IMG/VR virus record: IMGVR_UViG_3300037424_002120
Span: 31,483 to 95,482 of that record
Strand: one strand, 5' to 3'
DNA from: a virus
DNA length: 64,000 bases
In this document: positions 17,069 through 26,789 of the stretch, in pieces
Layout of the letters: every line of letters starts with the position of its first letter
Numbering within the stretch: the first letter of the stretch is position 1
Translations under genes and position numbers: made by a program
The notes under the pieces: model-generated
What the model was told of the DNA's origin: nothing
Databases searched by the model: none
The model's input: only the letters and a program-made list of their open reading frames with translations

Positions 17069-19303
17069 ATGAAAAATGCGATACAAGATCTCCCACAACT
17101 TGTTAGCAAGGCTATAGCCCTTGGGTGGTCGATCATCCCCGTTGGATTGGACAAAAAGCCGCTCTTCAAATGGAAACAATATCAAACAGAGCGTCCTACT
17201 GCTGAGCAGATAATCCAGTGGCAGAAGCAATATAACCCACCAGCGTGGGCTGTCATCACAGGCTCTATCAGTAATCTCATTATCCTTGACGGCGACGGTA
17301 CGCCCGGGAAAGAGACATTTGAGCAGTTAGGTATTAATCCGCATAGGCAGACTGGCTCAGGAGGTTTTCACTGCGATTTTGAGCATCCTGGCTGGCATGT
17401 CCCCACGCTGAATAGCAAATCCAAGAAGGAACTGGGGGAGCGGTGGCCAGGTCTCGATATACGAGGCGACGGCGGCTATGCGATCTTTTGTGGTAAGAAT
17501 GCATCTGGAGAGTATATTTGGATGCGGAAGCTTGGGGAACTGGATAGCTTAGATGTGCTTACCAAAGATTTGCGTAATTTCCTAGGATTACTCTATCCTC
17601 CAGAAGAAAAGACAAGGCGTTCCATAGCCGATATGGCACTTGAGAAGTATCTAAACGATGCTTCTATGATAGGGCGCGATAATGCTTGCTTCAAACTTGC
17701 TAAGCAGTTGCATGACAATGACTATTCGCAATCTGATGCTGAGGGTTATTGTATGGAGTTTGCTAGACGCGTTCATACCACGAACCAGAAAGGCGACATA
17801 GAGCACTTCACTGAAGAGGATGCACGGGCTAAAGTTTCTTCTGCCTACTCCTATACCAAACGTGAGCCTTGGTCTAGTACGACCAAATACATTCCTCGCC
17901 AGCAAGAGCATTCCTCAAACGGGAATAGCAAAAACTCACAGACGACTCCAGAGGATTTATGCAGCTTCACTGAAGACGATGCTGGTAATGGGGACGCGCT
18001 ATATGCGCTCTACGGTCAAGACTTTCTCTTCTGCCCATCACGAGGTTGGTTCAAATACACAGGTACCCATTGGAAGCTAGATACAGATGGCTCTGAGATC
18101 AAGAAATATGCTGTCGATACTCTACGCAAACGCAGGCACGCTGCTGTTGACTTAGGGAAAGAAGCTATTATCAAATGCACCAAAGGAGACGAGGGGCGCG
18201 TAAACGGTTGTGTCAGTCGTTTTAGGACACTAGTGAATGTCAGCATTGAAGAGTTCGATAAAAATCCCGATGTTATCAATTGCAAAAATGGAGTAGTAAG
18301 CTTGCGGACAGGGGAGATCGAACCTCACAGCAAAGACCAACGCTTCACCTACTGCATACCAGTTGATTATGATGGGTACGCTATATGTTTTGAGTGGTTA
18401 AAGTTCCTAAATAGCGTAGTAGGTGGGGGAAGAGAAGTTATTGACTATCTTCAAGAGGCCGCTGGGTACTCTCTCACGGGTCATACCAGTGAGGAGATAC
18501 TTCACTACCTGTATGGACCCCCTAGAAGCGGGAAAGGCACCTTTGCAGAGGTTTTCATGGCTATCCTGCCTAGTCCTATCTCCACTATGGTGGATTTTAA
18601 CTCATTTACAGCAAAACGCGAGGGGGATATAAGTAACTTTGATCTAGCACCTCTTAAACCATCTCGAATGATCTTTGCTAGTGAAAGCAATCGTAGCCAG
18701 TCGCTTAACCCTGCCAAGATCAAACAGCTCACTGGAGGGGATCACATTCGCGCTTGCTTCAAGCACAAAGACTTTTTCGAGTACCGACCTCAATTCAAAG
18801 TGTGGATGATGAGTAACCACCCAGTGAATGGAGATCCTGAAGATGATGCACTATGGGGGCGCGTTCGTGTCATTGAATTCCCTAATAGCTTCTTGGGGAA
18901 TGAAGACAAAGCCAAGAAGACCAGAATGAAGGAAGAAGAGTCTCTAAAAGGTATTCTTGCTTGGGCTGTTGAAGGTGCAATGAATTGGTATATGAGAGGA
19001 ACTACCGGATTGTCTACTCCTACAGTTGTTGCAGAGACTACTAGAAAGCAACGTGAAGAGCTGGACTATATACAACAGTGGCTTGAGGAAGTTTGCGATC
19101 AAGATAAAGATGCATGGACATCCAATGAGGTGGTTATCACGAGCTACCTAGGCTGGTGTAAAAATAACAACGTTCAGTATCCTAAAGGGCCTAAAGCGCT
19201 TGCTCAAAGTCTAAAGGCAAAAGGGTATGAAGTAGGAGTGTCAAAATGGGGAGATGGTAAGACAAAACGAGGCGTGAGCGGCCTTCGCGTCTCTGGAGTT
19301 TAG
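17069..19303 (+). CDS. Bifunctional primase/polymerase fused to D5_N and SF3 helicase (P4-family phage/plasmid primase)
   Basis: IIPV..KKP, ILDGD, TGSGGFH, DIRGDGGY; D5_N DAGNG...NCKNGVV; GPPRSGKGT, IKQLTGGD, MSNH, ALWGR. Confidence 0.93.
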   Translation: MKNAIQDLPQLVSKAIALGWSIIPVGLDKKPLFKWKQYQTERPTAEQIIQWQKQYNPPAWAVITGSISNLIILDGDGTPGKETFEQLGINPHRQTGSGGFHCDFEHPGWHVPTLNSKSKKELGERWPGLDIRGDGGYAIFCGKNASGEYIWMRKLGELDSLDVLTKDLRNFLGLLYPPEEKTRRSIADMALEKYLNDASMIGRDNACFKLAKQLHDNDYSQSDAEGYCMEFARRVHTTNQKGDIEHFTEEDARAKVSSAYSYTKREPWSSTTKYIPRQQEHSSNGNSKNSQTTPEDLCSFTEDDAGNGDALYALYGQDFLFCPSRGWFKYTGTHWKLDTDGSEIKKYAVDTLRKRRHAAVDLGKEAIIKCTKGDEGRVNGCVSRFRTLVNVSIEEFDKNPDVINCKNGVVSLRTGEIEPHSKDQRFTYCIPVDYDGYAICFEWLKFLNSVVGGGREVIDYLQEAAGYSLTGHTSEEILHYLYGPPRSGKGTFAEVFMAILPSPISTMVDFNSFTAKREGDISNFDLAPLKPSRMIFASESNRSQSLNPAKIKQLTGGDHIRACFKHKDFFEYRPQFKVWMMSNHPVNGDPEDDALWGRVRVIEFPNSFLGNEDKAKKTRMKEEESLKGILAWAVEGAMNWYMRGTTGLSTPTVVAETTRKQREELDYIQQWLEEVCDQDKDAWTSNEVVITSYLGWCKNNNVQYPKGPKALAQSLKAKGYEVGVSKWGDGKTKRGVSGLRVSGV

Positions 19304-19304
19304 A

Positions 19305-19407
19305 CCTTACACATTACAGATCTTACACTTGGTTTCCGTGAAGATTTTTTCCTAAATTCTACGTAAGCAAAACCCATATTCATCTGTAAGATCTGTAATG
19401 TGTAAGG
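19305..19407. repeat. 23-bp perfect inverted repeat, putative replication origin
   Basis: CCTTACACATTACAGATCTTACA (19305-19327) / TGTAAGATCTGTAATGTGTAAGG (19385-19407), three TTACA units per arm. Confidence 0.85.
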
Positions 19408-19441
19408 AATTATTGTCAAGTTCAAAGAAGGAGAAACCAAC

Positions 19442-19768
19442 ATGAAAACGACTGAGGAGATTCAGCCAAACTACGCACCAATATATGCTTGTGCTCTCTA
19501 TCCTAAGCTTTGCAAGCTGTTTCAAAAGCACGGGTATGCTCTTGCCATTCACGGGAGTTTAGCAAGAGATTTTGATGTAATTGCAATACCATGGGGAGAG
19601 AAGCTATCAAGCCCAGATGATGTAATCAAAGAAATGACAGAGAAATTCGTTTTTAGGCAAATTGGAGAGCCAGACGAAAAACGCTATGGCAGGATTGCAT
19701 TCTCCATCTCGATAGGATTTGGAGAATGCGCTTTGGATTTATCATTTTTCCCTAGTACTATCCAATAG
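19442..19768 (+). CDS. Phage protein with minimal nucleotidyltransferase-like motif
   Basis: GYALAIHGSLARDFDVIAIPW ... LDLS. Confidence 0.6.
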   Translation: MKTTEEIQPNYAPIYACALYPKLCKLFQKHGYALAIHGSLARDFDVIAIPWGEKLSSPDDVIKEMTEKFVFRQIGEPDEKRYGRIAFSISIGFGECALDLSFFPSTIQ

Positions 19769-19858
19769 TGCTGAGAGCCACGAGAGAGCCGCTGTGGATG
19801 CAAAGCACTGCCAAGTACTGCTCAGCAGTCGATGCTAGCACAGCGGCTTTGTAGATAG

Positions 19859-20122
19859 CTAGAAGCCCAATAGCTGCATGATCTCCTTAGCTATCTTGGG
19901 TTTCACCAAGTCCGCACGCAGTTGATCGCCGCTTTGAGCGTGGAAGACAAGGCTGGCACCGCCTCCAAAGCCAAATACAGACGGAATGGTGAGATTATAA
20001 TCAATCGCTACAATGGCTGATCTGACCATTGTACGGCTCTCCAGACCAGCAAGATGGATGCGTACAACCTGATCGGTGACAATCAATTCGCCTTGCTTAG
20101 ATACTGTTTTGATCAGTTCCAT
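19859..20122 (-). CDS. Small beta-rich (PH-like) protein
   Basis: GELIVTDQVVRI...IVAIDY; GGAGG RBS. Confidence 0.5.
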   Translation of the reverse strand: MELIKTVSKQGELIVTDQVVRIHLAGLESRTMVRSAIVAIDYNLTIPSVFGFGGGASLVFHAQSGDQLRADLVKPKIAKEIMQLLGF

Positions 20123-20633
20123 CACGTCCCTCCAATTCTGTCTATAGATCAAACTTGTGGAGGCTTGCGAGATGCTGATGGCCCGCCGCGTCCTGTCTAT
20201 CTGGCGTCCACCACCCACACTCCTTGCACGTATAACCCTTTACATTCACGCATTGCATTAAACACAAAATAAAAACGGTGATAACTATTAGAGCAACAAT
20301 AGCCATAGGATCGCAGCCAGCAATTAATACAGGCTGTGGCGTGCTACCAGCAACGTCCAGAGCAGATTGAGAGACGCTTGCAGGGCCTCCTCCTGCGATA
20401 ACGAGTAACATCAACACGAGAAATACTTTCCGTTTCTGTAGAACTAAATATCAACATACGCCAATTCGGCAATGTGTTCGACGAGTAGCAGTGGCACTTG
20501 TAACTAGACGGGACAAAGTGGCTAGGGCGCATCAGGGGTGAAATTTTCATAGGTGAAAGATGCAGGGGATGTTTCGCGGCACAAAAAAGCCGCCATCACA
20601 TAACGATGGCGGCTTTTAATTGATCAGGACACT

Positions 20634-21191
20634 CTACTTGCTTTTTAGCAAATGAGACTCTAAAGCGTCAACAGCTTCGACTAGCGTCATCGGCTCTGAT
20701 GCTAGGAGCCTATTGGCGTGGATTGGATACCAGATCTTGGCATCCGCTGCGATATTTAGAACTTGCCGACGCCGTGGTCTCTGCTGCTCTTCTTCTTCCT
20801 CGTCGTACTCTTCAAGATCCTCGTGGGATGTTTTAATCTCAACAATGTCCCAGTTTGCATCGAACAGATCTTCAGTAAATCCGTGCTGTGTGTGCAGATT
20901 GTGCGTACACATCTGAATTTCAGCATAGCCGTTTCGTACTTCAAAATCAACATACTTGTACGCACTAAGTGAAGGACGTTTCTTTGCTCTGCATATTGCT
21001 CTAAGACTGTCGGTGAGCTGCTGTTCAGCATCAGCACTTTTGCATGCTGACTGTGCAATGACAGCCTGTGCAGCAGCTCTCGCTTGCTTGTTGTAAGAGT
21101 TCGCTGCTAACCAGCGAACATAGCTCTCGTCGCTCTCGAAAACGCTCTCGATTGTAGAACCTTTATACTTGCCGAATGTCAAGGTATACAT
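20634..21191 (-). CDS. Protein with DUF3820/ExoX-C-terminal-like N-domain
   Basis: LTFGKYKGSTIESV..DESYVRWL; terminator at ~20585-20617. Confidence 0.7.
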   Translation of the reverse strand: MYTLTFGKYKGSTIESVFESDESYVRWLAANSYNKQARAAAQAVIAQSACKSADAEQQLTDSLRAICRAKKRPSLSAYKYVDFEVRNGYAEIQMCTHNLHTQHGFTEDLFDANWDIVEIKTSHEDLEEYDEEEEEQQRPRRRQVLNIAADAKIWYPIHANRLLASEPMTLVEAVDALESHLLKSK

Positions 21192-21337
21192 TGTTTTGCC
21201 TTTCTATGCGTCTTGCAGGACATCCAGGTTCATTTTTGTTCTCCAGGCAACACGCCACGACAACCAGGAGGCACATAGGCAGTGTAGCATGCACCGGTGG
21301 TAGAATGCGAGAAATATAGAGCCAGAAAGGACTATCT

Positions 21338-21691
21338 ATGCCATTTCCAACGCCAATAGCAGAGCAGGAATGCATAACCATCGATGGCAAGCAAGAGCCG
21401 ATTATATCATTCATGCCTGATAGAGTACCACCAGCATCACGAGATGTTGACGAAGATCAGTACTCATTAATAAAGGAGCGGCTTAATGCGTACGGCTATG
21501 TCGTTGCTGATATTAGTGACAACATCATGCACATCAGCAGACCGCATAGCACCTATTTCACGTCTTCAGTCTATTGCAGGACCGATATGCTCGTTGGCAT
21601 GTCAAAATGCACAAAAGAGGATGCTGACTTTGCGGAGTGTGTAAGAGCTTGCTTTAGAGCAGCGTTCAATGCAAAAGTGGCAGTACGCTAG
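21338..21691 (+). CDS. Hypothetical protein
   Basis: RBS AGAAAGGA. Confidence 0.55.
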   Translation: MPFPTPIAEQECITIDGKQEPIISFMPDRVPPASRDVDEDQYSLIKERLNAYGYVVADISDNIMHISRPHSTYFTSSVYCRTDMLVGMSKCTKEDADFAECVRACFRAAFNAKVAVR

Positions 21692-21736
21692 GTGCGTTAT
21701 AGCTGCAACGGACCTATTGCATCTGAAAGGACAACA

Positions 21737-22093
21737 ATGAGCACCGATCCAGAAGCAAAGTTCTTCTATGGATATATCAAATCTGTAGATGAATTTGAAG
21801 CGTGCGATAATGACCGTGAGTATACACCATGGGACAAGTCGCATACAAAGAGCGCTCATGGATGCACTGTAGATCTCTACGGTTCCAGTGAAAATCTTGG
21901 GTATTTTTTGGCCGTTGAGGAGAGTCTTTATACGGCAGAGTGGGATACCGTTAAAACCATTGATATTATAGAACTCAGTGCAAAGCCTATAGATCTGCAC
22001 TGGGACGAGATGCTGCATAATGCCGCTAACGAGTTTGGCATTGATATTGCAGAATTAGCATTGGGGTGGCATCTTGTGTGTTTGTATTTTTAG
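21737..22093 (+). CDS. Hypothetical acidic protein
   Basis: RBS GAAAGGA before MSTDPE. Confidence 0.6.
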   Translation: MSTDPEAKFFYGYIKSVDEFEACDNDREYTPWDKSHTKSAHGCTVDLYGSSENLGYFLAVEESLYTAEWDTVKTIDIIELSAKPIDLHWDEMLHNAANEFGIDIAELALGWHLVCLYF

Positions 22094-22113
22094 CAGAAAG
22101 GGCAAACAAGTAG

Positions 22114-22389
22114 ATGGGTAACAGCAGAAACACTCAATTTTCAGGCTTTGCAAAGCTTCTGATGAACGAACTTCTCGGAGATGCTGGATATATCGATGTT
22201 TGCAGACATGGAGATGCTGAAGCAATTGAAGAAATGGAGGAAACTATAGCACGTAGAGCGTACGATTTTGTACTGCATGTTGTGTCAAATATTGTGCCTA
22301 ATGATATACAACAATCCACCAACCAGAAATCGATTGCTGAGATTGTTGAGACTATACCAGATATGACCAAGTGGCCTGATATAGATTAA
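22114..22389 (+). CDS. Hypothetical protein
   Basis: Followed by terminator ~22407-22448. Confidence 0.55.
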   Translation: MGNSRNTQFSGFAKLLMNELLGDAGYIDVCRHGDAEAIEEMEETIARRAYDFVLHVVSNIVPNDIQQSTNQKSIAEIVETIPDMTKWPDID

Positions 22390-22653
22390 TGCCGCAATTG
22401 TCTAAGCAAAAGCCACCAGGAGAGCGATGCTTTGTCTGGTGGCTTTTGTGCTGTAACATGTCTAAACGACAAAAGGACTACACATTACAACTGGAGCCAA
22501 GCCTAGCACAGGCTGGCTAGGCTTGCAACTAGGAGAGCATAGAGATGTGCTCTTTTTTGTGTCTAAAGAACACTTGTCTCATTGACACGCTTTGGCACAT
22601 TATTGTATTTTCAATGCAAGATAATGTGCAAAAACGAAAGCGGTATTTCAAGT

Positions 22654-22983
22654 ATGCCATGCGACAAAGAGTGCTATCCTGCCAATTGGGATGAAATAGC
22701 AAGAGAGCGCAAAGAGCAAGCGGGATGGACATGTGATCACTGTGGTGCAAAACACGGAACATCACACTGGAGCAAGACAAAACGACGTTTCTATACTGTA
22801 TGCCTTGCAGCTGCACACCTCGACCACGATACGGCTAATCCTGATGCGAGGCTTGCTGTGCTATGCCAGCCGTGTCACTTGAAGTACGACGGCAAGCAAC
22901 ACTGGCGTACACGGCGCAAAAATGCACACACTAAGGCGGTACAAGCGGGGCAATTGATGCTTTTCGGCAGTGGCACCGATTGA
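22654..22983 (+). CDS. HNH endonuclease-like Zn-binding protein
   Basis: YPANW...CDHCG...AAHLDHD..N...LCQPCHLKYD. Confidence 0.8.
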   Translation: MPCDKECYPANWDEIARERKEQAGWTCDHCGAKHGTSHWSKTKRRFYTVCLAAAHLDHDTANPDARLAVLCQPCHLKYDGKQHWRTRRKNAHTKAVQAGQLMLFGSGTD

Positions 22984-23239
22984 CAGCGTGCGCTACACTA
23001 AACACACACGTGGAGTTCGATCTCCCGAGCAGGTACCAAGTTTCAACTACATTGGGCACCTGCTCTTTTTTGTGCTCTCCAAAGATGCACAACGAGTTTT
23101 ACAAGTCTTCAAAATTGGTCACTAAATCTATTGACAACAGTGCGAAGATGTGGTATTATTCAATTGTAGTCAAACGCGACTACAAAACAAAAAAATAAAT
23201 GAAGCGTCACCTGAAACTTGACGCGAAGGAGATCGAACA

Positions 23240-23413
23240 ATGAACTACGAATTAGGAAGAGTTAAAGCAAATGGCGAGTGGGAAACACAAATGGTGAACG
23301 TAATACGAGTACAGGAGGATGGTAGAAAGATTGGGGACATCTACACAGAGGAAGGTAAGAAGATAGTGGTAAAAGATGCAGATGCCTACTATTGGAAGAT
23401 TGTAGAAATCTAA
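23240..23413 (+). CDS. 57-aa protein (below ORF-track cutoff)
   Basis: AAGGAG RBS; MNYELGRVKANGEWETQ...YYWKIVEI*; terminator 23420-23452. Confidence 0.7.
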   Translation: MNYELGRVKANGEWETQMVNVIRVQEDGRKIGDIYTEEGKKIVVKDADAYYWKIVEI

Positions 23414-23751
23414 ATCCTGGAGGTTGGGGAATTGATCCCCAACCTCTTTTTTATGCTCAAATGCCTCTGGTTAAGCACTACAGCCACGCAGTGCAGCGCT
23501 GTCGTCGAAGCGGTGGCTTTCCCCGCGTGCACACTGACAAGGGCCTTGCTGGCCTCCTCGTGCTTTCTTCACCAGCTGTGCACACCGCATAGACACATGG
23601 CTAACGGGCACAACGGTTTTTACGAGTTTCTAAAACTGATCAAAAACTGCTCTAAAATCTATTGACAACAGTGCGAAGATGTGGTATTATATTGATAGTG
23701 AAGCGAACGAGACTTCACAAAATAAAAGCAAAACGAAAGCGAGAAAACAAA

Positions 23752-24246
23752 ATGGCAAACATGATTTTAGACTTCGGCAAAAACAAAGGTTTGACGATCG
23801 GCGAATGTGATGAGAAGTATTTAAAGTGGTTAGTAAGTCACACCAAGGTTCTTGCAGAGCGAAACCGCTGGGCCAGCCGCGATGCACGGTTTGAGCTTGA
23901 TCGTCGTGAGTGGGCACTGGAAGAGGCAGCGGCTATCGCGAGAATTGCAGCATTAGAAGCCACGATGGCTCCTGTAGCCGTCGTAGAGCGCAAGAAGATA
24001 TTCGATGCGCAGTTGTGTTGTGAAGTGTGGTCGGATACCGGCGAGCGTTGTGTTGCGCAGGTGTGGCTGGAGGGCATTGGTTGGGTTACTCCTCCAGGCT
24101 CTGAAGAAGTCGTCGAGGTTGAGCAAGGACTGAGCTGGTCCTACGCAGTGAGACGCAACAACAGCAAAATGCGCTTGAAGGCTGAAATCAAGAACATCGG
24201 TCAGCGCGGGAACCTCAACCGCAAAGCCTTCTCAATCCTACGGTGA
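23752..24246 (+). CDS. Protein with DUF3820-like N-domain, paralogous to 20634-21191
   Basis: LDFGKNKGLTIGECDEKYLKWL. Confidence 0.7.
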   Translation: MANMILDFGKNKGLTIGECDEKYLKWLVSHTKVLAERNRWASRDARFELDRREWALEEAAAIARIAALEATMAPVAVVERKKIFDAQLCCEVWSDTGERCVAQVWLEGIGWVTPPGSEEVVEVEQGLSWSYAVRRNNSKMRLKAEIKNIGQRGNLNRKAFSILR

Positions 24247-24515
24247 GTGGCTACAGAGGCCTTCACCGCCGCTGGCACTGTTTATTCCATCGCTCGGGTG
24301 CAGGACCACTGTTGGCCTTCTCAATCGCTTTCGTGGGTTCAGGCGCTTGATTGCAACTCACTCCACGCACCTCATTTATTTTGCAAAACAAGTTTTACGA
24401 GTTTCTGAAAACTGCCGAAAATTGGTCTAAAATCCATTGACAAGTGTGCGAGGTTATGGTATTATATAAATGTCCCCAAGAGGACAAACAAAAAACGAAA
24501 GCGAGAACAAAACAA

Positions 24516-24845
24516 ATGCTAACAATCAATACCACCTTCTACAGCGAGCCAAGCACCTTCACGGCGGAGTCCTGGGAGCAGGAAGAAGTCGCATACATGA
24601 GGAACTCTGACGAGGCATACATTTTCTACGGTAGCGATGCACAAAAAGATGCAGTTGAGGCATTCTTGAGCGATCACTTCGATAGCATGTTCTTGGTGAA
24701 TGACGACAGGATCTTCACTTTCTTCACTAATACACCTCTCACAAACGAGCAGCTCCTCGAAATTGAAGATGCAGGAATTGCATTTGATCGATTTGAGAAA
24801 TCGAATTACGGGATTTACGAATTGATTGATACCGAGGCTGAATAA
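24516..24845 (+). CDS. Highly acidic small protein
   Basis: 109 aa, 24 D/E vs 5 K/R; directly behind cassette promoter 3. Confidence 0.75.
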   Translation: MLTINTTFYSEPSTFTAESWEQEEVAYMRNSDEAYIFYGSDAQKDAVEAFLSDHFDSMFLVNDDRIFTFFTNTPLTNEQLLEIEDAGIAFDRFEKSNYGIYELIDTEAE

Positions 24846-25166
24846 GCCTCCCCCTTTCGGGGTGCCCGTGCTTGGGTGGCCAGATTTGCGTTTCACAGCC
24901 AAATCTGGCGGCTCCGCTGACGAGATGGATAATTTCTTCGTGGGCGCATGCGTAGGCCGTCTGCTGCCCTCCTGGCACGCACGGGGCGCTTCTACGCACA
25001 TCGTTTCCTACGCAGTCCTCCGTATCATCGGTGTGCAAAACAAGTTTTACGAGTTTCTAGAAACTCACCAAATTGCCATCAAAAGTGCTTGACAAGTGTG
25101 CGAGGTTATGGTATTATATAAATGTCCCCAAGAGGACAAACAAAAAACGAAAGGAGAAAACGAGAG

Positions 25167-25358
25167 ATGATTAAAAAATGTCCAGACTGCACACGCGGGA
25201 AGCTCCTAGTAGATAGCCCCTGTACCCACTGTAAAGGCAGGGGCTACCTTCTAGAAAACAAGATGCCCGTCGAATGCACCAACGGACAATGCAGCTGGGG
25301 AGCGGTAAAAGTCCAAGAGAAATGCGCCCGCTGTAAAGGGAAAGGATGGATTTTCTAA
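25167..25358 (+). CDS. DnaJ-type CxxCxGxG zinc-finger protein
   Basis: CPDC, CTHCKGRG, CARCKGKG. Confidence 0.75.
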   Translation: MIKKCPDCTRGKLLVDSPCTHCKGRGYLLENKMPVECTNGQCSWGAVKVQEKCARCKGKGWIF

Positions 25359-25415
25359 GCCAAGCAGCTCCGGTAGAAATATCGGAGCCCAATTCCCTCA
25401 TCTCTCAAAAATTTT

Positions 25416-25871
25416 ATGATAGAAATTTCAAAAGATCAAGTTTGGGAGGCCACGTTCGACCGCGTGGCGCGTACTGCTGACGGGATGGGCCGTCGCATAG
25501 ATCTGGGAGTCATGGGCTTGGTGCTTGCGCTCAATGCCCACGGCGTGCGCACCACAGGCTCGTGTGAGGGCCACATGGATCATGGACACCCATTCCCTTG
25601 GGTTTGGGTACCAGAGGCCGATAGCGGGCTCCTAGTTGCGCTTCTGGGTGCATTCTACGCACGTGGGAGTGTGCCTCGTGACAGGATGCTCACGAGCGGC
25701 TACCTCCTAGAGGACACCTACATCCTCCAGCCCCGTGGTGCCGCTTTGCAGGAGCGTCGTGTTTCCCATGAACGAGCGGTGGTGCTCAAAGAGTATCAGC
25801 AAGAGGCGATCCGGTTCGCTGAGTGGCTTCGTGATCGGTTCTTCGAGGAGGAGGCGTGTCATGCTGCTTAA
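25416..25871 (+). CDS. Hypothetical phage protein (TxxSCEGH motif)
   Basis: IDLGV..LVLALNAHGVRTTGSCEGH..PWV. Confidence 0.7.
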   Translation: MIEISKDQVWEATFDRVARTADGMGRRIDLGVMGLVLALNAHGVRTTGSCEGHMDHGHPFPWVWVPEADSGLLVALLGAFYARGSVPRDRMLTSGYLLEDTYILQPRGAALQERRVSHERAVVLKEYQQEAIRFAEWLRDRFFEEEACHAA

Positions 25872-26136
25872 CGCGAAGGGCGCGGCTTTGAGGCTTGGGT
25901 GTAGCCCCACGTGGATACGCAAGCTTGTTGCAAGTGGGAAGCTCGTGGCCTACGTTTACAATGACGAGGGCGCTCTAGAGCAGCATCAGCTAGGGCAATC
26001 GCGCCAAGGCCAGGGATTGTACTTCGAGGAGAGCGACTTGCAGGCGTACCAACCAGGTGCGAACGGGCGTCCGATGGGATCACACGACAAGGTGGCAGAT
26101 AATCCAAATCGGCGCAAAGCACAGGCCAGATCTTGA
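25861..26136 (+). CDS. HTH_17/excisionase-like regulator
   Basis: LLNAKGAALRLGCSPTWIRKLVASGKL; terminator ~26148-26182. Confidence 0.8.
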   Translation: MLLNAKGAALRLGCSPTWIRKLVASGKLVAYVYNDEGALEQHQLGQSRQGQGLYFEESDLQAYQPGANGRPMGSHDKVADNPNRRKAQARS

Positions 26137-26194
26137 TCCTGAGCACAAAAACACCCGATATCAATCAAGGTATCGGGTGTTTCTATTGCGTCTA

Positions 26195-26587
26195 TTATCT
26201 CCTGTTATGTGCCTTTAACCGCTTTCTTTCTAGCCTTGTCTCACGTTGAGCACTATCATACTCTTCAAGCTTTTCCTCCATTCTTTTTAGCATTTGTTCA
26301 AGCATCGTTTTTGTTGCGTACCGTCCCCACTGTTCGTCTAGCAGAAACTTAGCTGCATAGATCTGTACGTACATGTTTTTTGTGATAAAGCGATCACCAC
26401 TATCTTTTATTCCTTCCTTGCTAAACAAAACAATAAAGATATGCATAACCTTCATTGAGTGGCAGTGCAGCATATCCATGTCAAAAACAGCTCTGTAGTT
26501 CTCTATTGCTTTCATGTCTCTTGAAATGTCCATAATATTGCTCGTATCCTCCCTGGGTCTAGGATGTTTGTTGCATCCTAGACCCAC
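26195..26587 (-). CDS. Hypothetical protein (start uncertain)
   Basis: 130-aa ORF ending at bidirectional terminator. Confidence 0.5.
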   Translation of the reverse strand: MGLGCNKHPRPREDTSNIMDISRDMKAIENYRAVFDMDMLHCHSMKVMHIFIVLFSKEGIKDSGDRFITKNMYVQIYAAKFLLDEQWGRYATKTMLEQMLKRMEEKLEEYDSAQRETRLERKRLKAHNRR

Positions 26588-26789
26588 TTTGTTTATATGG
26601 TGTGATCTACACCCCAGAACACTTTTTGTATAACCCTCTCTTTCCCAAGGATTGCAATGCCAAACTGAACTTTATCACCCACTTGCTTTTTATAGAACTT
26701 AATGTTCATTGGCTTGCGTTTGCCCCTGGTAAAAGAGTTCTCAGGATACTTCTCGTTTTCGATTCCCTTAAGCAAAGCTTTCTTTTGAC

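Larger units (their letters stand above)
23090..25153 (+). repeat. Four repeated promoter/leader cassettes
   Basis: TTGACA-17-TATTAT with TG extension at 23131, 23662, 24437, 25089; copies 1/2 share 36 bp, copies 3/4 share 65 bp; upstream GTTTTACGAGTTTCT-like motif. Confidence 0.92.

Noticed and set aside
22965-23035. tRNA-like GGAGTTCGATCTCC
   Set aside because: Only a T-arm-like hairpin; no acceptor, D or anticodon stems could be formed.
23090-25153. Possible CRISPR array
   Set aside because: Repeats are promoters 500-800 bp apart separated by genes, not constant-length spacers; no cas genes.
25988-26003. Partial match GCTAGGGCAATCG to the IscB-type guide
   Set aside because: Gapped, covers only the TAM-distal part, no adjacent ATGA/GTGA; no in-window target found by eye for either guide.
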